Virus record (IMG/VR): IMGVR_UViG_3300011440_000005
Span: 1 to 53,348 of that record
Source of the DNA: a virus
Direction: 5' to 3' (one strand)
Length of the DNA stretch: 53,348 bases
Part shown: one piece after another, positions 9,289 through 18,766 of the stretch
Layout of the letters: the number at the start of each line of letters is the position of its first letter
Position numbering within the stretch: position 1 is the stretch's first letter
Notes under the pieces: generated by a model
Told to the model about the DNA's origin: nothing
The model's input: only the letters and a program-made list of their open reading frames with translations
The model's database searches: none
Made by a program: the position numbers and the translations under genes

Positions 9289-9322
9289 ATTGGCCCCAAC
9301 TACAACCTACGGGTGGTAGTTG

Positions 9323-9736
9323 ATGCTATGCACGACAGAAGGCTGCAACCGTCCCGCTCAGATCGACAAGACACTCTGCGGTTGGTGCTATCAGGGGACT
9401 CGCCCGAAAAAGCCTAGGAAAGATCGACGGGAAGCTGGTCGAAGGTACTACCAGAAGAAGCGGGCAGAAGACTCGGAGTACCTCCGCACAATAGGGAACC
9501 GGCCCTGGCTTGATGACCTGAAGGCTTCGACTCCCTGCGCTGATTGTGGGCAGATATACCCTGCTTGCGTGATGGACTTCGATCATCGTCCTGGTGAAGA
9601 GAAGCTCTTTAGGGTTGCAGGCATGGTTACTCGTCGTCGAGAGCTTGTCGAAGCTGAGATTGAGAAGTGCGACATTGTTTGCTCCAACTGTCATCGGATT
9701 CGCACTCATCTGACTCGCAAGGGCCGAAATGCTTGA
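9323..9736 (+). CDS. HNH endonuclease (second copy, different family)
   Basis: CADCG...MDFDHRPGEEK...IEKCDIVCSNCHRIRTH pattern typical of actinophage HNH proteins; ATG 9323 (TTG 9320 in the track). Confidence 0.8.
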   Translation: MLCTTEGCNRPAQIDKTLCGWCYQGTRPKKPRKDRREAGRRYYQKKRAEDSEYLRTIGNRPWLDDLKASTPCADCGQIYPACVMDFDHRPGEEKLFRVAGMVTRRRELVEAEIEKCDIVCSNCHRIRTHLTRKGRNA

Positions 9737-12700
9737 CAACGTAAAGAGTGTAGATCATAACTTGCAGGCTATTCGCACCATTGAGAGTTCCTGGTCGCTC
9801 CCAGCTATCCCCGATGAGGTCAAACTCGACCTGGCGTCCTACACGCAGCTAACCCCTGCTGCCCTTTCCTCGCTCATGTACGGCCTCCAGGCCGACCTGG
9901 ACGAAGCGCAGAAGTCCGCTCTTCCTGCTCGTGACCCCGAGTCGACTCCCCTCTTCCGTGCCCAGCCCACCCAGTTTGCCCAGGAACTGGAGCAGGCACC
10001 ACAGCCGGAACCCGAATCCCTCGGCAGCTTCATCTACGGCGTGACCGGCACCCGTTCCCCCCAGGAGTTGTCCCGTGACTCGGTGATCGACTTGAAGACT
10101 CGGGCAGTCGAGAAAGGCTACCTCGACCTTACCCCCGCTCAGCAGGCTTCACCGTTGTGGCTTCCCGAGTACAGCCATGTGGCCTCGGAGATGGCCTACG
10201 ACGACATGGTGCAGGAGTTCTCCGGGCAGAAACCCGGCTCCGTGAGCATCGCCCAGGTGGGTGACATGGTGGAGAAATGGCTCTCCCCTCGGGGTCTCTA
10301 CAAGGCGGCTGTCGACCTGGACTTGTGGTGGGACTTCGACGCCATCGAGCGTGAGTTCTCAGGCTGGAAGGCGAAATGGAGCAAGTTTGCCGATGAGCCA
10401 TGGAACCCCATGAACCTCATCGACGCTCTCACTGGACCGATAGACGACGTCTTGTTCCCCATCATCAACTGGGGTCTTTTGGCTACCGGCGTGGGGGAAG
10501 TATACGCCACAGCCAGAGCGCTAACGTTGGTTGGTAAAGCAGCCACGATAGCAAATCCTGTAGCGGGTCTCTTCCGTGGGGCGAAGGGACTCCGCTACTT
10601 TGGTCGGTTCGCCAACGCAGCAGAACGGGCACTCATCCCAGCCGACCGTGCAGCCGACATAGCTCGCCTGCAAACCCAGTCGCTGATGTCGACCTTGATG
10701 ACCCCCACCGGCAAGGTTCCCGGCACCATCGTGGGTCAGGGGCTGGAGGCTTTCCGTGGTGCCTCAGCCACCCAGGCCGTGTCCGCTCAGATGGCACGCT
10801 GGCGGCAGTTGAGCGGCGTGGTTCTGGCGAAGAAAGCCAACCAGCAGGTCATGCGAATGGGGTTCGCCTCCAACCTCCAAGACCTGGTTGACGAAGAGCA
10901 AGGCGGGTCGGTGGCTCGGGTGACACCCGTTGATGATTGGATCAACGAGGCCATGTCCAACCCTCTGGTGGACTGGTCGGTGGACCTGTTGCTCATGCCC
11001 CCGAACATCTTCCAGCCTGGCATGTTTACACGCACAGCCACCGAGGTCGCCAAAGGGGTGACCGACAACAAGGGGATGGCTGAAGCTTTCTACCGCTCCA
11101 CCCGTGAACACCTCAGGGAGTCCGGTGGCGAAGAGGCTGTGAAAGAGTTTGAGCGCTCCATCGGCTCAGGCATGACCGGCAAAGGTCGAGGCTTGGTGCA
11201 GGCGCTGGCTGACGCCAGGACAGGGGGCGACGTCGAAGCTCTCGGGTCACAGATGGCCTACGTCACGGTGATGGCTTCGATTGACTCGCACGCTCGCACC
11301 CTCGCCAACGTGGAGCATGGCAAGAAGCTGGTGGACCTGATGGACGGCGACGACATCGTGTCGTTCCATCGGCACCGGGATCAGGCGATAGCTCAGCTAC
11401 GCAAACTGGGCGAAGACGACGTGGACACAGCGCTCCGTACCCTCGCCTACACGGACCCCGACCAGGTGAAGCGTAAGGGTTTGGCTGCCGTCGAGGCACG
11501 TTACAACACCCTCAGGGAGTCGTTCTCGGAGACCCAAGGGGAACAGATCGGTCGGGCTGGCCGCACACCCAACAACCACAAGCGCCTCTACGGGTACCGC
11601 CAGCGGGAAGACCCGGAGATTGTCCGCTGGACGAGCGACCTGAACACGGCTCGCCAGCACAACAGCGACCCCTACTTCGTGGACGTCAACCTCGACGAAT
11701 ACAAGCGCATCACCGGCAAAGCCCTTGGCGACGGTGACATAGACGACGTACCCGAAGGCTTGTTCAACCGCTATAGGGTGACCGGCATCGAAGGGTACAA
11801 GATCGTGCCGAAGTTGTCGCAGGCTCCGAAGGTCCGCATGTACAACTCGGAGAAGTTGACCCGGTTGCAGGATTTGATTGCGGCTCACAACGGTAAGAGG
11901 AACGCTCTCCTGCGGGACATGATGACCAACCTGAACCCGAGGGTGCTGGAACAGTACGACTATGAGATAGCCGACACCTACGGGAAGTGGACCGACTTCT
12001 ACTCTGGTGTCGACGAGTTGCGTGCTGCTGGACGTCGAGGCGACCTGAACAATGTGAAGTATGCGTCACCGGTTTCCCCTTCGGGACGGAGGGTTGCTTT
12101 CGACCCTGCCCCACCGGACGGGAAGAAGATGACCGACCGCATGTTTGAGTTGCACCAGCAGATGGCTGACGACCCTGACCTGGCGACCATGCTGAACAAG
12201 AGCGTGTTCTCCTGGTTCGGACGTGACATTGACGGTGGCATCCCCCGCTTCACGATAGGCCGTATGGACTCTCCCACCAAGCAGGACGTCCTGTCGCAGG
12301 TGGCCTATGCGAAGCTCCAGGTGGATCATCTGACGAGCTTCCAGCGTATCGCCCGGGGTGAGCGTATGGCGCAGATCACCGCTCGGGCTGACGAACTGAT
12401 AGGTCGTGCTGCCGATGAGGGCCGACCGCTGGGTGACTATGTGGAAGCTCTGATCGCTGAGTTCCAGATCAACGCTAAGCAGGCTGTCCGCATCAAGCGC
12501 CTGGTGAAGCTTGCAGCCGACCAGGGTATCTCCTTCGGAGACCTGGAGCGGGTGCTGGCCGATGAGGTTCACCGGTTGAATTTCGACCCGGCATGGTCGG
12601 AGAAGTGGGGCCTCGCCACGGGTTACGGTGGTGACGATGCCGTGAAAGGTCTCACCGCCAAATGGAAGGAACTGCGCCGCAGGTCACACTTCTACGCCTC

Positions 12701-15113
12701 CGAGGTGACCGGTGTTCCAGGCAAGCTCTCCGACCGCCTCTCCCAGTCGGGCTATCGGGTTGTCCACGGTGTTGAGTTCGGCGCACCCGAGGACGTGTTG
12801 GACCTGGTGCCCGAGATAGGTGACCTGACCCGACGTCAGCTGCAGAAAGCGAACTTGTCCCAGTGGTTCGGACGTCAAGCACCCGAGTATATCCGCAAAG
12901 AGAAGACGAAAGTTCTCACCTCCAGCCTGTGGTCGAACCTGACCCAGGGGCAGAAGAGGGGCGAGCAGGTCGTCGGTAACTTCGGCCCCGCCGCCACCTT
13001 GGACAACGGTGATTTGAAGAGAGTGGTTGATGACCTCCATGAAATCTTGTACGATGAAGTGCAGCGCCCAACTACTGAAGCTCTGGAGAATGCGAGAAAG
13101 ACCCGTGGACCGGTTGGACGTGCTGGGGCTAGATGGTCAGCCATGCTCACCCCAATGTCCGTGGAATCACTCGCTTCTGATATCGGTTACAAGCGCTTCA
13201 GTTCGCTTCTGAAAGCACGAGGCTACTCGGATGACGAAGTAAGAGCCATCTACAAGTCGGTGCAATCCGCTAAGAAGCTGGGGTTCAAAGACCAAGGGCT
13301 GTTCTCAATAGAAGCCCACCTTCGTGCCAACCCGGTACTGCTCGACGGGTTGCGACTCATGTCCCGTCATCAGATCGCTGACTCCTATGTGAAGAAAGCA
13401 GCGGGTACCAGCTTCACGTTCGGTGGGACCATGGGTGGTGGTCTGCTCGCTTCCGCTGAGGTGAGCCAACGTGACCCTGAGGCTGGCATCGCTGAGCGTG
13501 CCTTGGCGTTCGGTGTGGGTGCTGCTGCTGGTCGCATGGGGTCGAGTCTCATCAACCGCAAGCTCCTGGGCGCTATGCCCAAGGGCACGGGTCTCATCAG
13601 CAAGGGAGCCGACGCTTGGGAGCGGAGCCGCTACCTGCACTGGGCGTACCTCCCCGACAAGCTTGCCACCATCAGGGACTACGTCCGGTTTTCCCTCTCT
13701 CCCGTGTTCGACGCCTCCAGGTACACGGAGTCGATGATCCTCGGACAACTGGAGGGCACCGCTGAGGGTCTGCGTCTGCCGGTGAACCTGTCACCCTCCA
13801 ACTTCCGCAGGACAGTGGCGAAGGAAGCGAAGTTGGCTGGCGCTTCCGCTGACTCCGCTGCCCGCCAGGCTGAATCAGAGTGGGCTAGGGTCAGTGATGA
13901 ATTCGCCCACGCTGCCAGAGGCGACTTTGAGTGGGAAACCATTGATGGTCTCTCCCGGCGTTTCTCCAGCATCGGTATCCTCGGGTTCTCCCCTGCCAAC
14001 TGGATGGCTGCCACTTTCGCCCACTTGCGCCGTCAGGGTGTTGACGGGCAGAAGGCTTACAAGATGGTGCGTGATGTGTACACATACGGCACCACCGGTC
14101 GGTCCGCTGCTGAGCTTTCCATGAACTTCGTGTTCTTCCCCTTCTCGTTCACGAAGAAGACAGTGAAGCATATGAGTCGCTTCTTCAACCAGGACCTGTC
14201 CCGTTTGATAATCACCCAGGATATGATGGCGACTTATAACCTGCTGAACGAGGAATACAACCTCTCGGAGATGTGGCGGGAGCGCCTCCCCATCTTGGAT
14301 CGTCTGCGCCGCCTCAACCTGCTGGCCTACGGTGTCGGCCTTGGACAGTTCGGTGGCGTGAACGCTCCCCTTTTGGCGGCAGCACGGGAAGTTCCCGGCC
14401 TCGGCTCCCTCTATGTCGGGCCGCAGATAGACACCATTGCCTCCGCAACTGGCATGGAGATAGACCCGATCCTCAACTTGTTCATCCCCCAGTCGGTGAG
14501 TATGAGGAACGCAGAGGACGCCAGTGCCATCGAGGAACTGGTGCGGCGTGCCGTGCCTGCCTGGAACGACGTGCAGTCACTGGTCGACGACCTGGGCGAG
14601 CAGGGGAAGGTCGTCTTCTCCCAGACCCACATGACCACCTCGGCGGAGGTGAACCGTGCCTACACGGAGTGGCGTGAATACCAGGACACCTGGAAGCCTT
14701 TCATGATAACCCAGGATCGCTCGTGGGATTCGCTGATGGCTGACCCCGTGTACTCGGCCATCATCAAGCAGAAGCGGGCGGAGATACAGGACAAGTACCC
14801 CGCTTGGCGGGAAGCTCGGGCGCAGGCTGTGGAGAACCAGACGCTCATCGACATGGAGAAAGGTGAGCGCCTGGCTAACCCTGGTGACCCTGGTGATGAC
14901 CAGTTGGTCAAGTTTGAGTTTGTTCTCAAACAGCAGAAGAGCGCATTGGAGGAACAGAACGTCAGCTTGATAGGTGACTACGCCGATCCTCTCGCTCAGG
15001 ATCGGATGCGTGCGGTCGCCATCCAGCTTGTGGGTGAGAACCCTCAGTTCCTGAGACTGTACAACAAGTTCTATCGCTCAGATTTCGGGGATATCAGTCG
15101 GGAAGTCAAATGA
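9729..15113 (+). CDS. Giant hypothetical virion/internal protein (1794 aa)
   Basis: Uninterrupted 5.4-kb ORF; Gly-rich hydrophobic stretch (GGTMGGGLLASA...AFGVGAAAG); no catalytic motif recognised. Confidence 0.85.
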   Translation: MLDNVKSVDHNLQAIRTIESSWSLPAIPDEVKLDLASYTQLTPAALSSLMYGLQADLDEAQKSALPARDPESTPLFRAQPTQFAQELEQAPQPEPESLGSFIYGVTGTRSPQELSRDSVIDLKTRAVEKGYLDLTPAQQASPLWLPEYSHVASEMAYDDMVQEFSGQKPGSVSIAQVGDMVEKWLSPRGLYKAAVDLDLWWDFDAIEREFSGWKAKWSKFADEPWNPMNLIDALTGPIDDVLFPIINWGLLATGVGEVYATARALTLVGKAATIANPVAGLFRGAKGLRYFGRFANAAERALIPADRAADIARLQTQSLMSTLMTPTGKVPGTIVGQGLEAFRGASATQAVSAQMARWRQLSGVVLAKKANQQVMRMGFASNLQDLVDEEQGGSVARVTPVDDWINEAMSNPLVDWSVDLLLMPPNIFQPGMFTRTATEVAKGVTDNKGMAEAFYRSTREHLRESGGEEAVKEFERSIGSGMTGKGRGLVQALADARTGGDVEALGSQMAYVTVMASIDSHARTLANVEHGKKLVDLMDGDDIVSFHRHRDQAIAQLRKLGEDDVDTALRTLAYTDPDQVKRKGLAAVEARYNTLRESFSETQGEQIGRAGRTPNNHKRLYGYRQREDPEIVRWTSDLNTARQHNSDPYFVDVNLDEYKRITGKALGDGDIDDVPEGLFNRYRVTGIEGYKIVPKLSQAPKVRMYNSEKLTRLQDLIAAHNGKRNALLRDMMTNLNPRVLEQYDYEIADTYGKWTDFYSGVDELRAAGRRGDLNNVKYASPVSPSGRRVAFDPAPPDGKKMTDRMFELHQQMADDPDLATMLNKSVFSWFGRDIDGGIPRFTIGRMDSPTKQDVLSQVAYAKLQVDHLTSFQRIARGERMAQITARADELIGRAADEGRPLGDYVEALIAEFQINAKQAVRIKRLVKLAADQGISFGDLERVLADEVHRLNFDPAWSEKWGLATGYGGDDAVKGLTAKWKELRRRSHFYASEVTGVPGKLSDRLSQSGYRVVHGVEFGAPEDVLDLVPEIGDLTRRQLQKANLSQWFGRQAPEYIRKEKTKVLTSSLWSNLTQGQKRGEQVVGNFGPAATLDNGDLKRVVDDLHEILYDEVQRPTTEALENARKTRGPVGRAGARWSAMLTPMSVESLASDIGYKRFSSLLKARGYSDDEVRAIYKSVQSAKKLGFKDQGLFSIEAHLRANPVLLDGLRLMSRHQIADSYVKKAAGTSFTFGGTMGGGLLASAEVSQRDPEAGIAERALAFGVGAAAGRMGSSLINRKLLGAMPKGTGLISKGADAWERSRYLHWAYLPDKLATIRDYVRFSLSPVFDASRYTESMILGQLEGTAEGLRLPVNLSPSNFRRTVAKEAKLAGASADSAARQAESEWARVSDEFAHAARGDFEWETIDGLSRRFSSIGILGFSPANWMAATFAHLRRQGVDGQKAYKMVRDVYTYGTTGRSAAELSMNFVFFPFSFTKKTVKHMSRFFNQDLSRLIITQDMMATYNLLNEEYNLSEMWRERLPILDRLRRLNLLAYGVGLGQFGGVNAPLLAAAREVPGLGSLYVGPQIDTIASATGMEIDPILNLFIPQSVSMRNAEDASAIEELVRRAVPAWNDVQSLVDDLGEQGKVVFSQTHMTTSAEVNRAYTEWREYQDTWKPFMITQDRSWDSLMADPVYSAIIKQKRAEIQDKYPAWREARAQAVENQTLIDMEKGERLANPGDPGDDQLVKFEFVLKQQKSALEEQNVSLIGDYADPLAQDRMRAVAIQLVGENPQFLRLYNKFYRSDFGDISREVK

Positions 15114-15164
15114 AGACTTGTTCTCTTGTTCTGCCATCGAGTACATCTCTCGGGAGGTTAAGTA

Positions 15165-17036
15165 ATGGCTGATCCATACTCCGACGCTGGTCGGGAACTC
15201 CGGGACTGGTTGCTCAACTGGGTTCGTCCCTATGTAAACAACGACCAGATGTCTGAGTTGGAAGGGTTGAATGACCCTAACCAGATTCTGACTTCTGCCG
15301 CAGCTTATGGTGCTCCGGTCCATGACCTTCCTTCTCTGGTTGCGGGTGACAGAAGTGCGGCGAAAGCAGGAAAGCCAAGACCCCCAGGAGCCGACCCTGA
15401 GGCCCCTGTCGATTTGGAGTCACAGCTTGGATGGGCCGACGAGGAACTATATGGCCCCGGACCCTCTGGGGGAACCCCTAGCGTAGACGCTGACCGCTTG
15501 GACGCCATTTCCGCTGAGGGTGCTGGCATTCAGAATGCTACTGGTTCTTTGTCGCCGGACGATTTGGCGATCATTCGGAAGTCTGTCGTTGACTATAACG
15601 CTCTCTCCGCCGAAGAGGCCGCTCGGCTCAGCACCATTCAGCAGGAGGAGCCTCAAGATTTCGCTTTGGCGACCACTCAAGTCCAAGCTGAGATTGATGC
15701 GGGGATTCGCACCCAGGATATGCTGGAGAAGTCCTCCTGGATTTACTCCGAAGCGGGTGGCGTCGTCGGCACGGTCTCCAGCGCCAGGGAAGACCTCCTG
15801 GAAATATACGACGTTGCTCTCGACCTTGACCTGGGCACGCAGTTGGACGCTCTGCTCATGGACACTGAAGCTGAGGCAGGCGAAACAGAAGAGGATCGCC
15901 GCATCCGTGTGGTCACTGAGATGCTTCAGAACGGGAACACCCCGGAGAACCAGTTCATCCTGTCGTCCACGTTCTCCGCTGACAACCGGTGGCGTCCCAC
16001 TGTTACCATTGACGGGGTTTCCAACACGGTCATACAGCAGCTAATGCCGGTGGCTGGTGACGGTTCCACGGCCTTACTCATCGCCAAAGCAGCGATGACA
16101 CAGGACATTGATCCTGTTGCTTTCGGTCACGCCTGGTCTGGTTTCAAAGAGCGCATGACCGACTCCAGCTACTTGGGTGCTGCGGTTAGGGACATCGAAG
16201 AGACCGCTACGACTCCCGCTAATGCTGGCGCTGCTGAGCAGATAGCACGAGCCACATACGCCTCCCGTAAGAAGTCGCCCTACACGGGCGTGGGACGTCT
16301 GGCTCGTGAGTACCGGATGGCTCTCGACAAGTACGGTGACTCCCATTTGCTCGCCCAGGTGGCTGTGCAGGCACCCAACCTGGCTGAGAAGATGTACCTC
16401 GACCCCTGGTCGCTGTCCCGTGCGGAGCTTGAACGGGTGGTAGACCTGGTGGGCGGGTTGGAGAACCCGGACGGCACGCCACGAGGTGACCTTGCCACCG
16501 GTCAGACCGACTGGATGGCGATGCGGCTCTCCGGTGTGGGTGAGACCCGGGCCGTGGACACCATGACCGCTAACGAGGCGGCCCGCACCCTCGCCCAGTC
16601 GTGGGGCCTGCCGGTGGACGACGCCACCCTCAACACTATCGCTTCAGGTTTCAGCGGCCAGCTTGCCTCCACCTTCAGGGAGACCCTTGGTAACCCGTTT
16701 AAACCAGAGCAGCTTGGTGGGGAGCTAACCGTCGAGGACATTCCCACGTCACCGACAGCGTGGGCGGCTAACGCCCTTCGACAGTTGCCCGCCTACCAGC
16801 GGCTCTACCGGGGGAAGACCACCCAGGAGTCGGAAGAGCAGTACTACGGGCGCTTCGCTTCCAAGGCCCAGTCGGTGTTGGGGGATGAGAACCCTGAGGT
16901 GATTCAGGCTGCGATGTCTGAGGGTGACACGGGTGAGGTTGCCCGCTACGCCCTGTCCTCAGGGATCGGGTGGAAGTCCAGCACGTTCCAGCAGCGTGCC
17001 GCTTCCATCGCTGAGATGTTCCGCACGATGACATGA
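15165..17036 (+). CDS. Large hypothetical structural protein (623 aa)
   Basis: ORF with GGGAGG RBS 8 nt upstream; stop overlaps the next start (ATGA). Confidence 0.85.
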   Translation: MADPYSDAGRELRDWLLNWVRPYVNNDQMSELEGLNDPNQILTSAAAYGAPVHDLPSLVAGDRSAAKAGKPRPPGADPEAPVDLESQLGWADEELYGPGPSGGTPSVDADRLDAISAEGAGIQNATGSLSPDDLAIIRKSVVDYNALSAEEAARLSTIQQEEPQDFALATTQVQAEIDAGIRTQDMLEKSSWIYSEAGGVVGTVSSAREDLLEIYDVALDLDLGTQLDALLMDTEAEAGETEEDRRIRVVTEMLQNGNTPENQFILSSTFSADNRWRPTVTIDGVSNTVIQQLMPVAGDGSTALLIAKAAMTQDIDPVAFGHAWSGFKERMTDSSYLGAAVRDIEETATTPANAGAAEQIARATYASRKKSPYTGVGRLAREYRMALDKYGDSHLLAQVAVQAPNLAEKMYLDPWSLSRAELERVVDLVGGLENPDGTPRGDLATGQTDWMAMRLSGVGETRAVDTMTANEAARTLAQSWGLPVDDATLNTIASGFSGQLASTFRETLGNPFKPEQLGGELTVEDIPTSPTAWAANALRQLPAYQRLYRGKTTQESEEQYYGRFASKAQSVLGDENPEVIQAAMSEGDTGEVARYALSSGIGWKSSTFQQRAASIAEMFRTMT

Positions 17037-18766
17037 CATCCTCGTCGTACTTGGACCCGGGTCAGTACAACCTCATTTACATGCCGGTTGTCGGGGCGTC
17101 GAGGCCGACACGTTCGGAGATAGGTGATTGCCGTGATGGGTGTTCCAGAGGACATAAGGGACTCGATATTGGTGCGGCTTACGGTACGCCAATCGTGGCC
17201 GCTGTCGGCGGAACGGTTGTCTACGCTGGCTATCGGGGCGGCGGGTTTGGGTATGCAGTTGCTATCCGTGACGATTACGGAAATACGTGGGCCTATGCTC
17301 ATATTACTGAAGATTCCAGTCGTGTTGGTCTCCAGCCTGGGCAACGTGTCAATGCAGGGACTCTCATCGCTTATGTCGGACAGACTGGCAACGCCGAAGG
17401 GCCGCACCTGCATTTGTCGATCAATGAAACATCGGCATCGACAAACTCGACACTGTATGACGCATACGACCTGCTGACCGATCCGAGTGCCATCTACAAG
17501 CCAGCCGGTTGGAAGCCGCCTGGCGCTGGTTCCGCCTCGCCTGACCAGGGCAGTGGCGGTGGGGGAGGTAACAACGACAGTTCAGGGGCGGCTAGTAGTG
17601 GAGAACCTATAGTGTTGGCTACCGGCTATAAGAAATACACGGTGGGCGGGGTCACCTACCTCGTCTACGAGCTTGCTGGTACCGGTGGAGCTTCTGTTCC
17701 CGTGTACTACAAACTCACTGGGGTGAGCGCCCCAGGTTCCGCCACCTCCATGTCCGTGACGGACTGGAAAGCGATGACCAAAGGTTCCGGGTGGGTGAAT
17801 GGTGGCAGCACGGAAGCTTTCCGTGGCGTTGAGCCAGGCACCTCGTGGAAGAGCATGGTCGACCGTTTCCTGTATGAGACAGGTCTGAAAGGGTCCGATG
17901 CTCTCAACGACCAAGGTGTGCTTCGGGTGCTAGCCCAGTACATCTCCCGCCCGGATATGTCGCCCGAAGAGTTCGGGAACCGCCTGCGGAACACCCGCTG
18001 GTGGAGGCAGCACACGGACACCCAGAGGGCCTGGAATGATCTTTCCCCTGCCGAACAACAGCAGCGCACCATCGACGCTGCCGGGAAGCTCACGCAGATT
18101 TGGTTCACCTATGTGGGTGAGGAAATCAACTGGGGTTCCTACGACACCAACAAGGACGGCGTCGTTTCCACCAAGGAGTTGCAGGCAGGCAACAACCAGT
18201 TGTACAAGTGGGCACAGCGCCTCGCTTCCGGTGAGATAACCGAGGTGCAGGCCATCGAGTCCTGGGTGAAGGGTGAGGCCCGGAAGAACGAGAACAGCCC
18301 TTGGGCACGCATCGTCAGGGACGAAGCGAAGCAGGCTGGGCAGCACGAGGTGGACGTGGAGACCGCTGCCGCTCAGGTGGTTGACCTGTATGAGTCTTAC
18401 GGTATTCGCATCGGATGGAAGAAAGCCCAGGAGATAGGTGAGCAGCTTGTCATGAATGAGCAGTCTATCGCTGAGGTGGAAATGGGTGTGGACAAGCAGG
18501 CGAGCGCCCTCTATCCGGGTAAGCCGAAGGGTTCCACTGTGGTGGATTGGGCGCAACCGTACCTGCTCACCTACCAACAGCTACTGGAGACCGCCGACCC
18601 TGGCCTGTTCAACGGGAAGGTGCAGCGTGCTTTGAAGGACAACCAGTCCCTCGCTGACTTCTCCACGGTGCTGAGGAAAGACCCACGCTGGGAGCAAACC
18701 GCTAACGCTAGAGAGGAATATGCCAACACTGCCGCTGAGCTTGGCAGACAGATGGGCTTTGTCTGA
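17033..18766 (+). CDS. Virion-associated peptidoglycan hydrolase, N-terminal M23 (LytM-type) peptidase domain
   Basis: GHKGLDIGAAYGTPIVAAVGGTVVYAG...YAHI...GQTGNAEGPHLHLSI (c. 17150-17430) matches the HxxxD ... HxH M23 pattern. Confidence 0.85.
   Translation: MTSSSYLDPGQYNLIYMPVVGASRPTRSEIGDCRDGCSRGHKGLDIGAAYGTPIVAAVGGTVVYAGYRGGGFGYAVAIRDDYGNTWAYAHITEDSSRVGLQPGQRVNAGTLIAYVGQTGNAEGPHLHLSINETSASTNSTLYDAYDLLTDPSAIYKPAGWKPPGAGSASPDQGSGGGGGNNDSSGAASSGEPIVLATGYKKYTVGGVTYLVYELAGTGGASVPVYYKLTGVSAPGSATSMSVTDWKAMTKGSGWVNGGSTEAFRGVEPGTSWKSMVDRFLYETGLKGSDALNDQGVLRVLAQYISRPDMSPEEFGNRLRNTRWWRQHTDTQRAWNDLSPAEQQQRTIDAAGKLTQIWFTYVGEEINWGSYDTNKDGVVSTKELQAGNNQLYKWAQRLASGEITEVQAIESWVKGEARKNENSPWARIVRDEAKQAGQHEVDVETAAAQVVDLYESYGIRIGWKKAQEIGEQLVMNEQSIAEVEMGVDKQASALYPGKPKGSTVVDWAQPYLLTYQQLLETADPGLFNGKVQRALKDNQSLADFSTVLRKDPRWEQTANAREEYANTAAELGRQMGFV

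Noticed and set aside
9151-9417. 88-aa + ORF covering the non-coding island
   Set aside because: Arg-rich implausible composition, no RBS, and it coincides with the hairpins and the tRNA-like fold. It also runs into the better-supported HNH gene.
9729-15113. The 1794-aa ORF as a tape-measure protein or as an N4/crAss-like virion RNA polymerase
   Set aside because: It lies upstream of the capsid genes with no tail-tube or chaperone context, which argues against a tape measure. I found no T7-like or two-barrel (DxDGD-type) polymerase motifs; DFDAI at c. 10330 lacks the third Asp. The polymerase idea stays unsupported rather than disproved.
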